IMG/VR virus record: IMGVR_UViG_3300032093_000013 | Direction: 5' to 3' (one strand) | Origin: a virus | DNA: 64,000 nucleotides | Part shown: one piece after another, positions 43,201-51,145 of the stretch | Position numbering within the stretch: position 1 is the stretch's first letter | Layout of the letters: each line of letters starts with the position of its first letter | The notes under the pieces: model-generated | Databases searched by the model: none | What the model was told of the DNA's origin: nothing | What the model saw: the letters and a program-made list of their open reading frames with translations, nothing else | Translations under genes and position numbers: made by a program

Positions 43201-45942
43201 AATACCAGAATTTCCCACAGTAGTAAATCCTACTGTATTGATACCAACATTATAATCAGAAAGTGATTGATATAATTCAATTGTCCTATCATTTACAACC
43301 TTAGTATAATATGTTGCACCACTTATTAGAGTTTTTGATTGGTCTAGATTAGATCCATTAAATGTGCCGACTCCAATGGCAGAATTAAAGTTACTATTAT
43401 ATACAATTGGTTGCCCATTAGATAAATTATGTGTCGATGCAAATGAAATTCTATCATTGATAGTATCTAATCCACCGCCGTTGGAAGTTGATCTTGCATC
43501 AAATTCCAATTCTCTTGCATACTTTTCAATAATTGGTTTAAAACTAGCTCCAGACCCATTGCCGCCGGTAAGAGCAATTGAGACGATAACATCAATATCA
43601 AAATCTTGCGGGTCAACAAATATTTTTTCAACAGATCCAATTATTACTGGTTGAATGAGTGCAGATCCATAAGATAATTGTAAGCGAGGGGGATTGATTA
43701 CATCAAATTCGCTACCGCCATTTAAAACATCAATATTTTCGATTGGACCATAATAAATCTTATCGTTTGTTTTAAAGTTGTATATTTCAACACCATTTTT
43801 TAACATTCCAACTGGACCTGGAAGTGTGGTATGAGTTTCATTGCTTCCCAACTCAGGATTTAGTTTAAATTTTCTAAATGTTTTTTGTCCAGAAATTTTA
43901 TTTGATCTTTGAGAATACAATGTAAAATTGTGAGTCCCTGTTGGTGTTGATGATTCTCCCGCTCCAAAATAAACAAAGTCGCCATTTCCAACTACAGGAC
44001 CACTTAAGTATAATTTGACTTGTCTTTTATTGCTTAATACTTCAACAAAATAACTTCCTTCCTCTAATCCAGCAATAGGATTATCTGCAGAATAAAAAAC
44101 CCTATCTCCCGTTATGAAAGAAACTTCCGTATTAAAATCAATTATTGAATATGATTCATTACTAGCATCATATCCAGTTAATTCAAAAACATCATATCCA
44201 AAAACATCAACTTGTATTTCATATGATGGTAAAGAATTCGATGCAACGTATAAGTTATCGGGTCTTTCAACATAAACATTTTGAACATCAGATATTATTT
44301 TATTGTTTCCAAAATCAATTGGAACAATCGAAGATGATGCTTTATTAAGAATTCTTCTAATATCATATTTGTCTAAAGGATTTAATAAAGATGTACTTAC
44401 ATTAATAGTAACAGTATTTGCTGAAATTAAACTAACATTTGCATTTTCAAATCCAGTGACTACGATTTCTGTATTTCTTCTTAAAATTTCAACGGCATCT
44501 CCTACTTTTAAGCTTGATGCATCTATATCAGATTTAGTTGTTACAGTATTTCCTACAAAGGAATCAATCTGATATCTTGAACTTGTATTATAAATCCAAG
44601 AATTTGCAAATATCTCTTTGGTTGTGTTGCCCTGCTCTATTACTTCTCCAAGATTTTTTGGATAGATGATGTCATTATCCAATAATTCATAATTTGTAGT
44701 TTCAATGTTGAGATTGGATAATACTCCAGTAATTCTAAATTCTACCTTTTTAGATAAATCTCCATCTTCATATCCATAGTAAGTTTCATTTGAAATTAAG
44801 AATGATGTTTTTGGTATCGTTATTGAAGATGTGGATTTTACATAGCATCCCAAAAATTGATTTACACTTTTATCAGAATAAACAATTTCATAAGACCCAA
44901 AAAAGATGCTTCCGGAATTTTCAAATCCGATTGTAGAATCAACACTGATAACGGTTGTTCCAGCATCTAACGGAGTTACAGTTACTTCTTCAACAACTTT
45001 TGTATTTGGTGTGATTGAAAATGTTCCAGTAACGTTAGGATAGGTATCATCGTATCCAACAAAAAAATTAAGTTTATAATAAGTTATACCATTTCTAGTG
45101 ATGGTTTCTACTTCAGATACGGCAGCAGTAGTGCCAGTTTCATCCGTTGATTTATAAATTGTTTGACCAACCAACTTAGTTGGATTTCCAGAAATATTAC
45201 TTATGATTGCAACATCTCTTCTAATATATCCGGCATCTGATGGTTTAATTAAGAATTGTTCAAGATCAATTACACTTGGAGTTTCTCCATACAGGACATT
45301 GAATAAAATTCTAAAAGATTCTGCAGTTCCTTTGGATTCGTATAATGTCCTTGCTTCTTTTATAAAATTCCCAGCATTAATGTCTTCTGTAAAATTTAGA
45401 CCTTCTAGTCCAGGAGTTAGACTAAACTTTATCTTTTTATAAAATTCTTGTAAAAATAAAGAACTAAGATTTTGTACAGAAGCTCCTGAGGTATGTGAAT
45501 CTGCAGAAGACTCGCTAAAAACTAGTTCGCTGTATTGTAAGTCTTTATGATAATTTGTAACTCCACTAAATCCTCTTACGCAACCTGTAAAAGTATTTCC
45601 TGACAAATCTGTATATGTAATAATTTCATCATCAATTTTTAAAAGACCATATTTTGCAGGAAATCCTTTAGTATTTGATACAGTAATAGATGTTGACGAT
45701 GAAGTAATATCTCCTACAAGAGTTGTATATCCAGAAACTACCTCCTGAGTAAGATTATCAAGGTTTATATACTGATCCAGATTCTCAGCAACATCTACAG
45801 GACCACCCTGATATTCTTGGGAGATATAATACTGTTTTAAAAACTCTGCAGCCTTTGGACTTTCATCTAAGATAAACTCTGGAAGTTGACTGTCGATTAT
45901 TTGTTGTATTTTTACCCTAGACTCAAAACCCGTTTGTATCAT
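34258..45942 (-). CDS. gp7: giant baseplate wedge initiator (gp7-like), 3894 aa
   Basis: QLPEFI..EFLKQYY, YESKGT..SFRILF, DNDYYQNLSYSVKS, LLHISGMKNF; lies between gp6 and gp8. Confidence 0.85.
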   Translation of the reverse strand: MIQTGFESRVKIQQIIDSQLPEFILDESPKAAEFLKQYYISQEYQGGPVDVAENLDQYINLDNLTQEVVSGYTTLVGDITSSSTSITVSNTKGFPAKYGLLKIDDEIITYTDLSGNTFTGCVRGFSGVTNYHKDLQYSELVFSESSADSHTSGASVQNLSSLFLQEFYKKIKFSLTPGLEGLNFTEDINAGNFIKEARTLYESKGTAESFRILFNVLYGETPSVIDLEQFLIKPSDAGYIRRDVAIISNISGNPTKLVGQTIYKSTDETGTTAAVSEVETITRNGITYYKLNFFVGYDDTYPNVTGTFSITPNTKVVEEVTVTPLDAGTTVISVDSTIGFENSGSIFFGSYEIVYSDKSVNQFLGCYVKSTSSITIPKTSFLISNETYYGYEDGDLSKKVEFRITGVLSNLNIETTNYELLDNDIIYPKNLGEVIEQGNTTKEIFANSWIYNTSSRYQIDSFVGNTVTTKSDIDASSLKVGDAVEILRRNTEIVVTGFENANVSLISANTVTINVSTSLLNPLDKYDIRRILNKASSSIVPIDFGNNKIISDVQNVYVERPDNLYVASNSLPSYEIQVDVFGYDVFELTGYDASNESYSIIDFNTEVSFITGDRVFYSADNPIAGLEEGSYFVEVLSNKRQVKLYLSGPVVGNGDFVYFGAGESSTPTGTHNFTLYSQRSNKISGQKTFRKFKLNPELGSNETHTTLPGPVGMLKNGVEIYNFKTNDKIYYGPIENIDVLNGGSEFDVINPPRLQLSYGSALIQPVIIGSVEKIFVDPQDFDIDVIVSIALTGGNGSGASFKPIIEKYARELEFDARSTSNGGGLDTINDRISFASTHNLSNGQPIVYNSNFNSAIGVGTFNGSNLDQSKTLISGATYYTKVVNDRTIELYQSLSDYNVGINTVGFTTVGNSGIQKFKTEPKNKLTGISVIDSGSGYANRVLRVSPVGVSTYNNTISFKNHGFGDGEIISYDYDTAPISGLSTSNNYVVLKLDSDTFRLCNAGVGGTDTSNYQRKNYVKFNSIGSGYQIFKYPNISLSVEYSSVGLGSTQVRGVINATPIVRGKISEIYVYDKGSDYGTTTLNVHKRPQVTIKNGKNAQLRPTITNGRITDVQVLYGGLEYYSTPDLVISGSGIGAILRPVVSDNRITDVIVVNSGVGYTSTNTKIKVVSAGKDEVLRVNVRALTLNNSFKYGIQNEFYRNPSSEVLIENHSGLQYAVIGYSQNIKTNFSDNGDLSGQHSDIIGWAYDGNPIYGSFGYTDSNNINSSIKQLQPGYSLVDLENRPSTTDFPYGYFVEDYKYTGNGDLDQYNGRFGKTKDFPDGVYAYFATTETNLDGEIVSKFPYFIGNEYRSPYLEENIELDQSFDFNNSKLIRNTLPYKVNDQYADNDFITESNEIIEQKTLVESVSSGSVSGLEIVKSGSDYAVGDSIIFDDTKSGGGGISAEISEITGRDIVDVNTTVNSYTDSLIEWQGGNQVKVYISPYHVFKNRDNINISGLSTQVSNLNGSYEIGLTTYTTILDKNIPNFASTGIVTDIYLTSIPENISIGSSIQIENEVFSILNIYPNFGILRVDRSSAGVAHSQTTPVYYLPDSFIVNKSTNYFDSQKNSKIYFNPAESVGVGTTSGSGKNINYQIGITTYSAFVPTQSIFLPNHPFKTNQQAILRKPSGGGALSVSNTSGGLSFNILSGNSEIVYIVNKSKDYIGIVTNVGLTTTGGLFFLSSGTNDYHYSIESNLPQVRAKIDRIISAVSVSTSHQLRVGDKISLEVKPDVSVGIGTSTAIHVRLDPSTQKIVINPLIFNSTGINTLTNSISVNSHNLKTGDKILYESSGTLPVGLTTENYFVYRIDENTIKLCDTLLDSLNSPPTTVSIGGTGAGNQKISLVNPQIKVIKNNNLVFNLSDSSLLGYDFKLYYDQKFEKEFVSIASTSSLSVIGVGTIGLSSTSTLTLNYSNGVPEKLYYNIEKSGYISTSDTDVTNYSEIVFENSLYNGNYNIVGVGNTTFTISLRQIPENTRYERGDCEILEYSTSSSTEVGGIHKVKLLSGGYSYSSLPLFDGVDSDNGNGAFIVPVSATIGKIKQSRIINEGFEYASDKTLRPTATIPTLAYISASNTIESVDVLNGGQNYTSAPDLICVDTDTGELINSGLLRSNLSGSSIVSVIVENNPKGLPIKPVTIRAINNSNGISIDTIQSSSGVVTCFLTTPLSGFTSAPFSTGDKIFVEGIQKSGSSGDGFNSSDYGYQFFTITNFQNINPAKLEFSLSGLTTNPGVAKTIQESYATIVNFNNYPEFKAIQKFSPFQIGEGLSSNTGSGFVDRDLTVVSCDENFVRVSGNYNLSSGEKIRGLESFNEATIDSVKITDGYYDVDYFNLQKFGWKFETGKLNENYQVTPDNDYYQNLSYSVKSSKTWEEIVTPVNNLLHISGMKNFADTQILQSVQSGIGTTESPLTLLNVFESDNRVDTINNLDLVIDVDTLDSKSKFIKFNNLSLTDYILCKTNRVLKIDDISSEFSSENDESSEVSNIFQINSGNNYNKFLVQTRNIFTNETQFNEIITINNDENIFTLQKAQLTSINDEDVIVDIEGYIDTESNFYLKFNPEDTSNSDFDIKILQDTFISKTGVGTTQSVGFIDLISQNKIVSSGITTSIFSLNSSKYSAIYSNIHILNDDTSDMNYVEIYLTHDGTNTYISEYYFDDNLTETSSGFIGSFGASISGGILSLNYTNTSAENITVRTKNVGFGTTAVGVGTYRFKLPGQSDEAERTVVFQSKFNNISSGSTSILVLDKSLFTSSKSTIRVGLGQTSALHQIMAINDGNDAYSIQYPFLSIGSTSGIGTFGAEISGGNFIIKFYADPSISGNLEILSFSENFYTDLDTVNIPPTLSYSPVEQTVAVAKYFGANSPNVNKYDFEAEYEGVPIFMKTFNPSDSNALNLTTGVFTIPNHFFNTGEQLIYTPKSTFIGIGTLAMGIGATANYVGVVTTILPSVVYAIKDSNDSFRISTRKEYAIQGIGVTFTSVGLGNAHQLEMYKKNEKSIISINDVVQSPLAFSYITHTLSGNGGQIGSASTIFALSGISSITPTDILKIDEEYMRVENVGLGTTNTGPITFGGSISLVEVTRGFLGSIAGVHTDTSIARIYRGSYNISKNKIFFTEAPRGNSLDLLGPSESNLPRERASFSGRVFLREDYTTNQIYDDISNQFTGIGQTFILTSQGINTVGLGTSGGNGIVFINNIFQSPTTSNNLSNNYIIAENSGVTRITFTGITSSNNNIFTSEYDINQNQLPRGGVIVSLGSTGGLGIAPLVGASVTAVVGAGGTIVAIGIGTMDIIGSGYRYPVSVAVTESGHIGTGAVITANVGAGGTLSFNVVNPGAGYTNPTINVSSPSYQNLSVTGVSRLGVGATTDTGVGLLLNIEVGSSSTTTGIGSTLFEVKTFEITRNGYSFRVGDVFKPVGLVTAKGLSAPVNEFQLTVLDVFTDSFSSWQFGELDYIDSILPYQDGVRTRFPLLYNSELLSFEIDENDPDSQLIDLDSVLLIFINGVLQEPGVSYQFSGGTSFTFSVAPEPEDNISVFFYRGTRGEDTIQVDAIETVKVGDTVQIFSNNSNIQNTTTQEKRTIYDISGSDKIETNLYVGQGIDEVNNKPLYWTKQKTDLILNGEKIYKSRDSLESQIYPTANIIGDLSITATEIFVDDSSLFNYENESPISFDAFILSNNSAEEYEIITDISDVEGYSVSVIGIATTNGIGTPLALRFTLDRNPFSFPDLQVGYPIYISQTFVGQGVTSINTTNTDIVSISTSFVNNVYRIHAINSATGIVTCNIASNTSIVGIATTGTIKYPVGRLSWGRLSGFSRSNSPISIGVTGYTSSVGITTLGYNAGLSTYPIIQRRGYGLRSNGSLKKDL

Positions 45943-45943
45943 A

Positions 45944-47908
45944 TTACGACCTCATTAATTTTCCGTTTGAATAGCTTGAACGATAAGAATTTTTTGTGAA
46001 AACAACGCCAGATATATCTTCTCCAGATGCAATTGTATCCTTTACCATATTTATTTCACTTTCTGAAACATCAAATGATATATAAAGGTCCTTAAGACCA
46101 ACTACATCATTTGACTCTGGATATGCTTGAATTTCTATTAAATCGTTTGATAAATCAGTATTTCTAATTGTAATGGTATTGAGAGTTATCTCACCATTTT
46201 TATAATTTACAATGCCAGCAGACTGTACGACAATAAAAGGAGATAATGATGTTGTAGCGGCACCGACTCCAGAAGATTTGATTGGTTTTACAATTGAAAT
46301 TACACCAGTAATCCCATCATCATTTGGAGTATCCGTCAAATATACGGTATCTGGTTCATCTTTGATATTAAATCCAGTGGATTTGATATTATATCCAATT
46401 TTGTTGGATTTTTCATTAATGTGAAATTGATTACCAAAACATATTTCATACTGTGCTGGACGATTTATTAATGCTTTCAAATCTCTTCTAATTCTAACTC
46501 TGGTAATATTTGAGGTAATTGCTGTATCCGTATTGTCAATTACCTGAAGTAATTTACTATACTTAAATCTTCCCCCAAATTTGTTTAAGTCTACAGATTG
46601 AGAGTATTTGTTAAGGGAATTAGTTACTCTTGTTTTTAAATCGGAAACGCTTCCAACTTGGTTGTAATTATAATAAACATAAGATTCAACTTCAACGTAG
46701 AGTATTTTAAGATCAACTATCTTGGGGCGTATTCCAGAAACACTATATTGAGTTAATTTGGAAAGTATTTGCTCTTTGTCAAAATCCGAAACGAATGTGC
46801 CATTTTTTGGTTTGATGCTAATTGACACAGATCCATACTCTGGAGGACTTAACTCTTCTCCTCCCACAACAGAAACTGATTCTGCATTTCTATAAATCTT
46901 AGATTTAATAATCGATTCATAATCACTTGCAGTTACTGCTCTATACTGTGAAGAATATAGTCGTGGAGCAAAATAACGAATCGAATCAATAGTTTCTATC
47001 TCAGATCCATTTTGAGCACTTTGATTTGTGGTAACAGTGATTGTATTCGTTACAACAACATTTCTATCATCGGCATCTTTAAATGACCCCGCAAATGAAA
47101 ATGTATCAGCACCATTTCCATCTTTACCACTTGTTACAATGTAATTTGCAGTAATCACTGCAGAGTTTTCAAGTTTTTTACCAAATCTACCATCTCCAAA
47201 AAGAAGTTGGTATTTTTCATCTTGAACCTCTTGGATTAAAAAGACTTCTGAATTTGAGTTTACTTCAAAAATATTATCTACTAGAGAGTATAAAGAACCG
47301 AGTCCGCTATCACTCAATCCTTTCACATATACTCTAATTGTTGAGGTATCGATAAAAGAATTATCTAATATAAATTTTTGGTCTAATGATGCATTTACAG
47401 TAAATTTCTTTGTTAAGAATGTTCCTTCTCGAATTATAATATTATTAAATGAAGCAACACCATTTACAACAGGAACTGTAATACTTTCTGGAATTGAAAA
47501 TACATATGAAGATCCTCTCACAAGACCTGTGCATACAAGACCCGCTTGTAGTGTGACTGACGGAGTATAAACGGGAGTGCCGTCTTGCAATATTTGATCT
47601 GGATCTACGGTTATACTGAATGAAACCGTTGCACTAGCAGCATTTCTTGAATAAGGAACGTATCCAATATTCCTAGACAAAGAAACGACATTTTCTCTTA
47701 CAGTTGCAGAATCCAAAAAGGATTCGTTGACAATCATGTTAGAGTTAAATGCCGTAATGTAGGTATTATACGCTAACGTATCAATTAAAACAGAAAAATT
47801 AGATCCTTCAAAATCAAAGTCCGTAAATGTAGAGTTAGCACGGAGATAATCTTTGATTGAAGTTTTTATCTGATCGAAATCTAGATTTGTAAATTGAGTA
47901 AAAGGCAT
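45944..47908 (-). CDS. gp6: baseplate wedge subunit
   Basis: LDFDQIK, DFEGSNFSVLID.LAYNT, QYRAVTASDYE. Confidence 0.96.
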   Translation of the reverse strand: MPFTQFTNLDFDQIKTSIKDYLRANSTFTDFDFEGSNFSVLIDTLAYNTYITAFNSNMIVNESFLDSATVRENVVSLSRNIGYVPYSRNAASATVSFSITVDPDQILQDGTPVYTPSVTLQAGLVCTGLVRGSSYVFSIPESITVPVVNGVASFNNIIIREGTFLTKKFTVNASLDQKFILDNSFIDTSTIRVYVKGLSDSGLGSLYSLVDNIFEVNSNSEVFLIQEVQDEKYQLLFGDGRFGKKLENSAVITANYIVTSGKDGNGADTFSFAGSFKDADDRNVVVTNTITVTTNQSAQNGSEIETIDSIRYFAPRLYSSQYRAVTASDYESIIKSKIYRNAESVSVVGGEELSPPEYGSVSISIKPKNGTFVSDFDKEQILSKLTQYSVSGIRPKIVDLKILYVEVESYVYYNYNQVGSVSDLKTRVTNSLNKYSQSVDLNKFGGRFKYSKLLQVIDNTDTAITSNITRVRIRRDLKALINRPAQYEICFGNQFHINEKSNKIGYNIKSTGFNIKDEPDTVYLTDTPNDDGITGVISIVKPIKSSGVGAATTSLSPFIVVQSAGIVNYKNGEITLNTITIRNTDLSNDLIEIQAYPESNDVVGLKDLYISFDVSESEINMVKDTIASGEDISGVVFTKNSYRSSYSNGKLMRS

Positions 47909-47909
47909 T

Positions 47910-48311
47910 TTATCTTGTTGCCTCTAATATGAATGAAAACTGTTGTGTTGGTACTTCTTGCCCAATAATATCAAAAATTACAGTCACTTCAAATTCATTT
48001 GTATCTGGACTTGGATTGACTTCAATATCCACATTATCAACTCTAGGCTCATAATTGGAAATTGTATTGATAATTTGCTCTCTAATTACAGATGCTGTTG
48101 CAAAATCAACAAAATCAAACAAGCTAGAACGAACATCAGATCCCAAATTTGGATTAAAAAATCTTTCGTTTGGAATTGTTTCTACAAGGTTGCGAATAGA
48201 GCGAGTAATCGCATTTTGATTTTTCAAAATTGGCAGGTCTTTTGTCACTGGATGTGGATCAAAAGACAGACTAATATCCTTAAATGATCTAGATATTCGT
48301 GTGACTGCCAT
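47910..48311 (-). CDS. gp25: baseplate wedge subunit / sheath initiator
   Basis: FKDISLSF, ERFFNPNLGS, NYEPRV. Confidence 0.95.
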   Translation of the reverse strand: MAVTRISRSFKDISLSFDPHPVTKDLPILKNQNAITRSIRNLVETIPNERFFNPNLGSDVRSSLFDFVDFATASVIREQIINTISNYEPRVDNVDIEVNPSPDTNEFEVTVIFDIIGQEVPTQQFSFILEATR

Positions 48312-48341
48312 TGGATATGAAATTTCTTGGATTATTTATGT

Positions 48342-48584
48342 TTATTTCCAGGAAGAACCATATCCAGGTTCAGTGCCATATTCCCAATCATCATAATCTT
48401 CATCATTGCGAATTTTTTCATGCAATTCTTGTTGTTTTTTTAAGTCATGCTTGGGTGCCAAATCGTGCATAACCTCTTGAATGACTCTTTTTGGTGATAC
48501 GGTATCATAATCTGTAATCAGGCGGGTAGTGCCCCACATTTCTCTCATATAATTTGAATCACGATCGACTGGTAAATTTGACAT
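48342..48584 (-). CDS. hypothetical protein
   Basis: 80-aa ORF with AGGAG RBS. Confidence 0.7.
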   Translation of the reverse strand: MSNLPVDRDSNYMREMWGTTRLITDYDTVSPKRVIQEVMHDLAPKHDLKKQQELHEKIRNDEDYDDWEYGTEPGYGSSWK

Positions 48585-48650
48585 TTTAGCTCCTGTTTTA
48601 AAAATAAAACAGAACTTTTATAAAGGAGGTTGCTATCTCCTTATTTCTAT

Positions 48651-48992
48651 TTAACGATCGACTTCACGTAGAGAATAATTGTCAGAATTGAGGTATTTTA
48701 ACATTTCTAGAGCGATTAATTTAGGATTTCCTTCCCCACAAGTATAAACATCTACCGCAATACAACCTTCCTCTGGCCAAGTATGGCAGGAAACATGACT
48801 TTCCGCAAGGGCAATGACCACTGTGCATCCCTGTGGAATGAAACAATGTGAAAAAATATTTAAAATCGTCATATTGGCACGTTTTATACCTTTCACCATT
48901 GCTTCTTGGAGAGAAGTTACATCATTAATGATATCAAATTTTACATCATACACCTCTAAAAGTAGGTGTCTGCCCATCGAAAACTGTTTCAA
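48651..48992 (-). CDS. speD: S-adenosylmethionine decarboxylase proenzyme
   Basis: GRHLLLEVY, LAESHVSCHTWPE (pyruvoyl self-cleavage E-S), DVYTCG. Confidence 0.93.
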   Translation of the reverse strand: MKQFSMGRHLLLEVYDVKFDIINDVTSLQEAMVKGIKRANMTILNIFSHCFIPQGCTVVIALAESHVSCHTWPEEGCIAVDVYTCGEGNPKLIALEMLKYLNSDNYSLREVDR

Positions 48993-49015
48993 TTCATTTT
49001 GCGGTAAAAATTTAT

Positions 49016-49606
49016 TTATTTTATATAAAAACCTTTACGATGATAGTCATTGTCTTCAATGAATTTCATATTTTTGATTTTTTTATCATCCCAAACGGGA
49101 ATCGCAACAGAATTTCCATAACGAAAATCAGGATTTCTACGAAAATGAACTTCTATTAGATTTTCCCCGATAAATTCACAATTAATCCATTCGTAATTGC
49201 CTACTAAATTGTTTAAAATATCCGGAAAAGAAATATCTTTATCTATTTTTTGCCACTTTTTCCACTTATAAAGAGGTTCATGATCATCCCGAGTTCCAAT
49301 TACGACTAATTCTGCTTTTTTATGATAAAAATCAACACTAATGTGCTCGCCTTCAAAAATTTCACACCAAAATTCTGCAGGATGAATATTATCGGTGTGT
49401 TTTTCAATCCATTCTTTACGAGCAAAACGCCCCATTCCAAGTAAATTAAAAGAAGGTCGAACAATATAAAAGTCGGGTTTGAAAACTGTAGTCCCAACAG
49501 GACCACATGTATACCCCAACATCCGACTTAAAAATAATTTATTGTATACCCAAAGATCTTCAGGATGTATATGATTCCATTCATCATTTCCATCTAAATG
49601 ATACAT
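49016..49606 (-). CDS. conserved hypothetical protein, ATP-grasp-like
   Basis: YIVRP.NLLGMG, EIFEGEHISVD, INCEF...IEVHFR.NPD resemble ATP-grasp motifs. Confidence 0.55.
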   Translation of the reverse strand: MYHLDGNDEWNHIHPEDLWVYNKLFLSRMLGYTCGPVGTTVFKPDFYIVRPSFNLLGMGRFARKEWIEKHTDNIHPAEFWCEIFEGEHISVDFYHKKAELVVIGTRDDHEPLYKWKKWQKIDKDISFPDILNNLVGNYEWINCEFIGENLIEVHFRRNPDFRYGNSVAIPVWDDKKIKNMKFIEDNDYHRKGFYIK

Positions 49607-49615
49607 CTTGGTTGA

Positions 49616-49762
49616 TTATCCTTTCCCTTGCCCTCTGTATTTTTTACGAGCTTTGTTACGAGAAGACGCTGCATACTTGGTATTAGACCCACATCCTTGC
49701 CGAGTATTCTTTGGATGAGACTCGATGATTTTATTGCCGCTGAGTGATTTTTTAATTGCCAT
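49616..49762 (-). CDS. small basic conserved protein (48 aa)
   Basis: Manual translation MAIKKSLSGNKIIESHPKNTRQGCGSNTKYAASSRNKARKKYRGQGKG. Confidence 0.7.
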   Translation of the reverse strand: MAIKKSLSGNKIIESHPKNTRQGCGSNTKYAASSRNKARKKYRGQGKG

Positions 49763-49929
49763 TAATCTAATTCTCCAATAATTTCTGTTTCAATATCTTC
49801 AGGGCGTGGAGAACCTGTCTGATAATATTCAATCGACAGATCCTCCATTACATTGAAATATTCTTCTTCAGTGAGTGAGGAATAAATCTTTCTTCCCTTG
49901 CAGATGATGTTATACGTTTCCTCTGCCAT
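49762..49929 (-). CDS. hypothetical protein (55 aa)
   Basis: MAEETYNIICKGRKIYSSLTEEEYF...; start reassigned to 49929. Confidence 0.7.
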   Translation of the reverse strand: MAEETYNIICKGRKIYSSLTEEEYFNVMEDLSIEYYQTGSPRPEDIETEIIGELD

Positions 49930-49933
49930 TTTC

Positions 49934-50692
49934 TCAGATGATTCTTGTTTTTTCATGCCCAACACGAATGCGTGGATCGCACCAGATTTCAAATCCTGCC
50001 TCCTTTGCATCCAGACAGAAAGATACGTCCTCACCGCACATATCCTGCACTTCTCCTGATTCGAAAACCTGCATCTTTGGTGCGAACCAAGGATACTTCA
50101 TTTCAGAGTGCTCAAAGACACCGTGCTTAATCAGCAACCAACCAAAACCTGCATAATCCACAGTGAATGGTTTACGACGCTTTGAGATGCTCTCAACGGT
50201 TTCATGATTCATCACACCACCATTGTTTCTAAAGTCATCTTCTTCCATCCAATGAGCAACCGAAGTTGTGTGACCATCTTCTGTTGCATACCAACCAGAA
50301 GCAATATCTTTGTCCATTAGCACCAGTTGCCAGAATTTTTCAGTGTTGAATACAATGTCAGAATCAATCCACAACTGCCAATCATAATTCAGTTTACCAT
50401 CCCATGGCACCTGATCTGGTCCACGTAATACGTTTGCACCTAAACACTTGCAACGGGCAAAGTTGACCATTGAAGAGTAGTCTTGTGAGATTTGAATGCT
50501 TGCCCCGCTCTGCACCAAATCAAAACAGAGTTGTACAAAGTTTTTAAGATATGTATATGAAACTCCCCGCCCTGGGAGACAGAAAACAACAGATTTTCCT
50601 CTTACCATTTCTCTTGCAAGATTATAATCCCATTCTTCTGTTGCTGTTTGAGTGACGGGCGATTTTGCTTTTACCGTAAATCCTTTAGCCAT
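49934..50692 (-). CDS. glycosyltransferase-like (GT-A fold) protein
   Basis: WIDSDIVF DxD motif, GEDVSFC, C-terminal GHEK. Confidence 0.75.
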   Translation of the reverse strand: MAKGFTVKAKSPVTQTATEEWDYNLAREMVRGKSVVFCLPGRGVSYTYLKNFVQLCFDLVQSGASIQISQDYSSMVNFARCKCLGANVLRGPDQVPWDGKLNYDWQLWIDSDIVFNTEKFWQLVLMDKDIASGWYATEDGHTTSVAHWMEEDDFRNNGGVMNHETVESISKRRKPFTVDYAGFGWLLIKHGVFEHSEMKYPWFAPKMQVFESGEVQDMCGEDVSFCLDAKEAGFEIWCDPRIRVGHEKTRII

Positions 50693-50714
50693 AATAGAAA
50701 GTAGTTACTTCAGT

Positions 50715-50743
50715 ATCATACAACATTATGTATTCAATGTCAA
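50715..50743 (-). promoter_or_regulatory. sigma70-type promoter
   Basis: TTGACA-17-TATGAT. Confidence 0.8.
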
Positions 50744-50916
50744 TCTTCCTTTCTTTCAGATAGAATAATATCATTACCATCTAAAGTAAAAGAAATCTCA
50801 GTATCTTCATACCAAGAAAGTTCATTCATAATCTCACCTGGAATTTTGATGTAATAATCACCGCTAACTGGATCAACCTCTATGGTCTCAAAAATTTCCC
50901 CGGAATTTTTTTTCAT
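50740..50916 (-). CDS. AbrB/MazE/SpoVT-like DNA-binding protein (58 aa)
   Basis: YYIKIPGEIMNELSWYEDTEISFTLDGNDIILS fits the swapped-hairpin pattern. Confidence 0.65.
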   Translation of the reverse strand: MKKNSGEIFETIEVDPVSGDYYIKIPGEIMNELSWYEDTEISFTLDGNDIILSERKED

Positions 50917-51113
50917 ATGTGTAAAACAAACAACCTTTTTCGTTTTTATATATGGCAAAAAAATTTTTAATCTTCAATGTAATAATTAGCTTGCTTCCGT
51001 AACACTTTGTAGGTTACAGGGACCCATCGATTTTATATACGGGGGTTTAACCTTTATAATATTATAACACGCCGCCCGACGGGGCGGGCATAAATCCCGG
51101 ACCCCTGCCAAAC

Positions 51114-51145
51114 ACGCACGAATGACTGCCGACGCACGAATGACT
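51114..51145. repeat. direct repeat ACGCACGAATGACT x2 (18-bp period)
   Basis: Copies at 51114-51127 and 51132-51145. Confidence 0.8.

Noticed and set aside
34258-45942. 3894-aa ORF as a novel giant system or DGR target
   Set aside because: Multi-thousand-residue gp7-like wedge proteins are normal in cyanomyophages; no reverse transcriptase or template/variable repeat pair was seen
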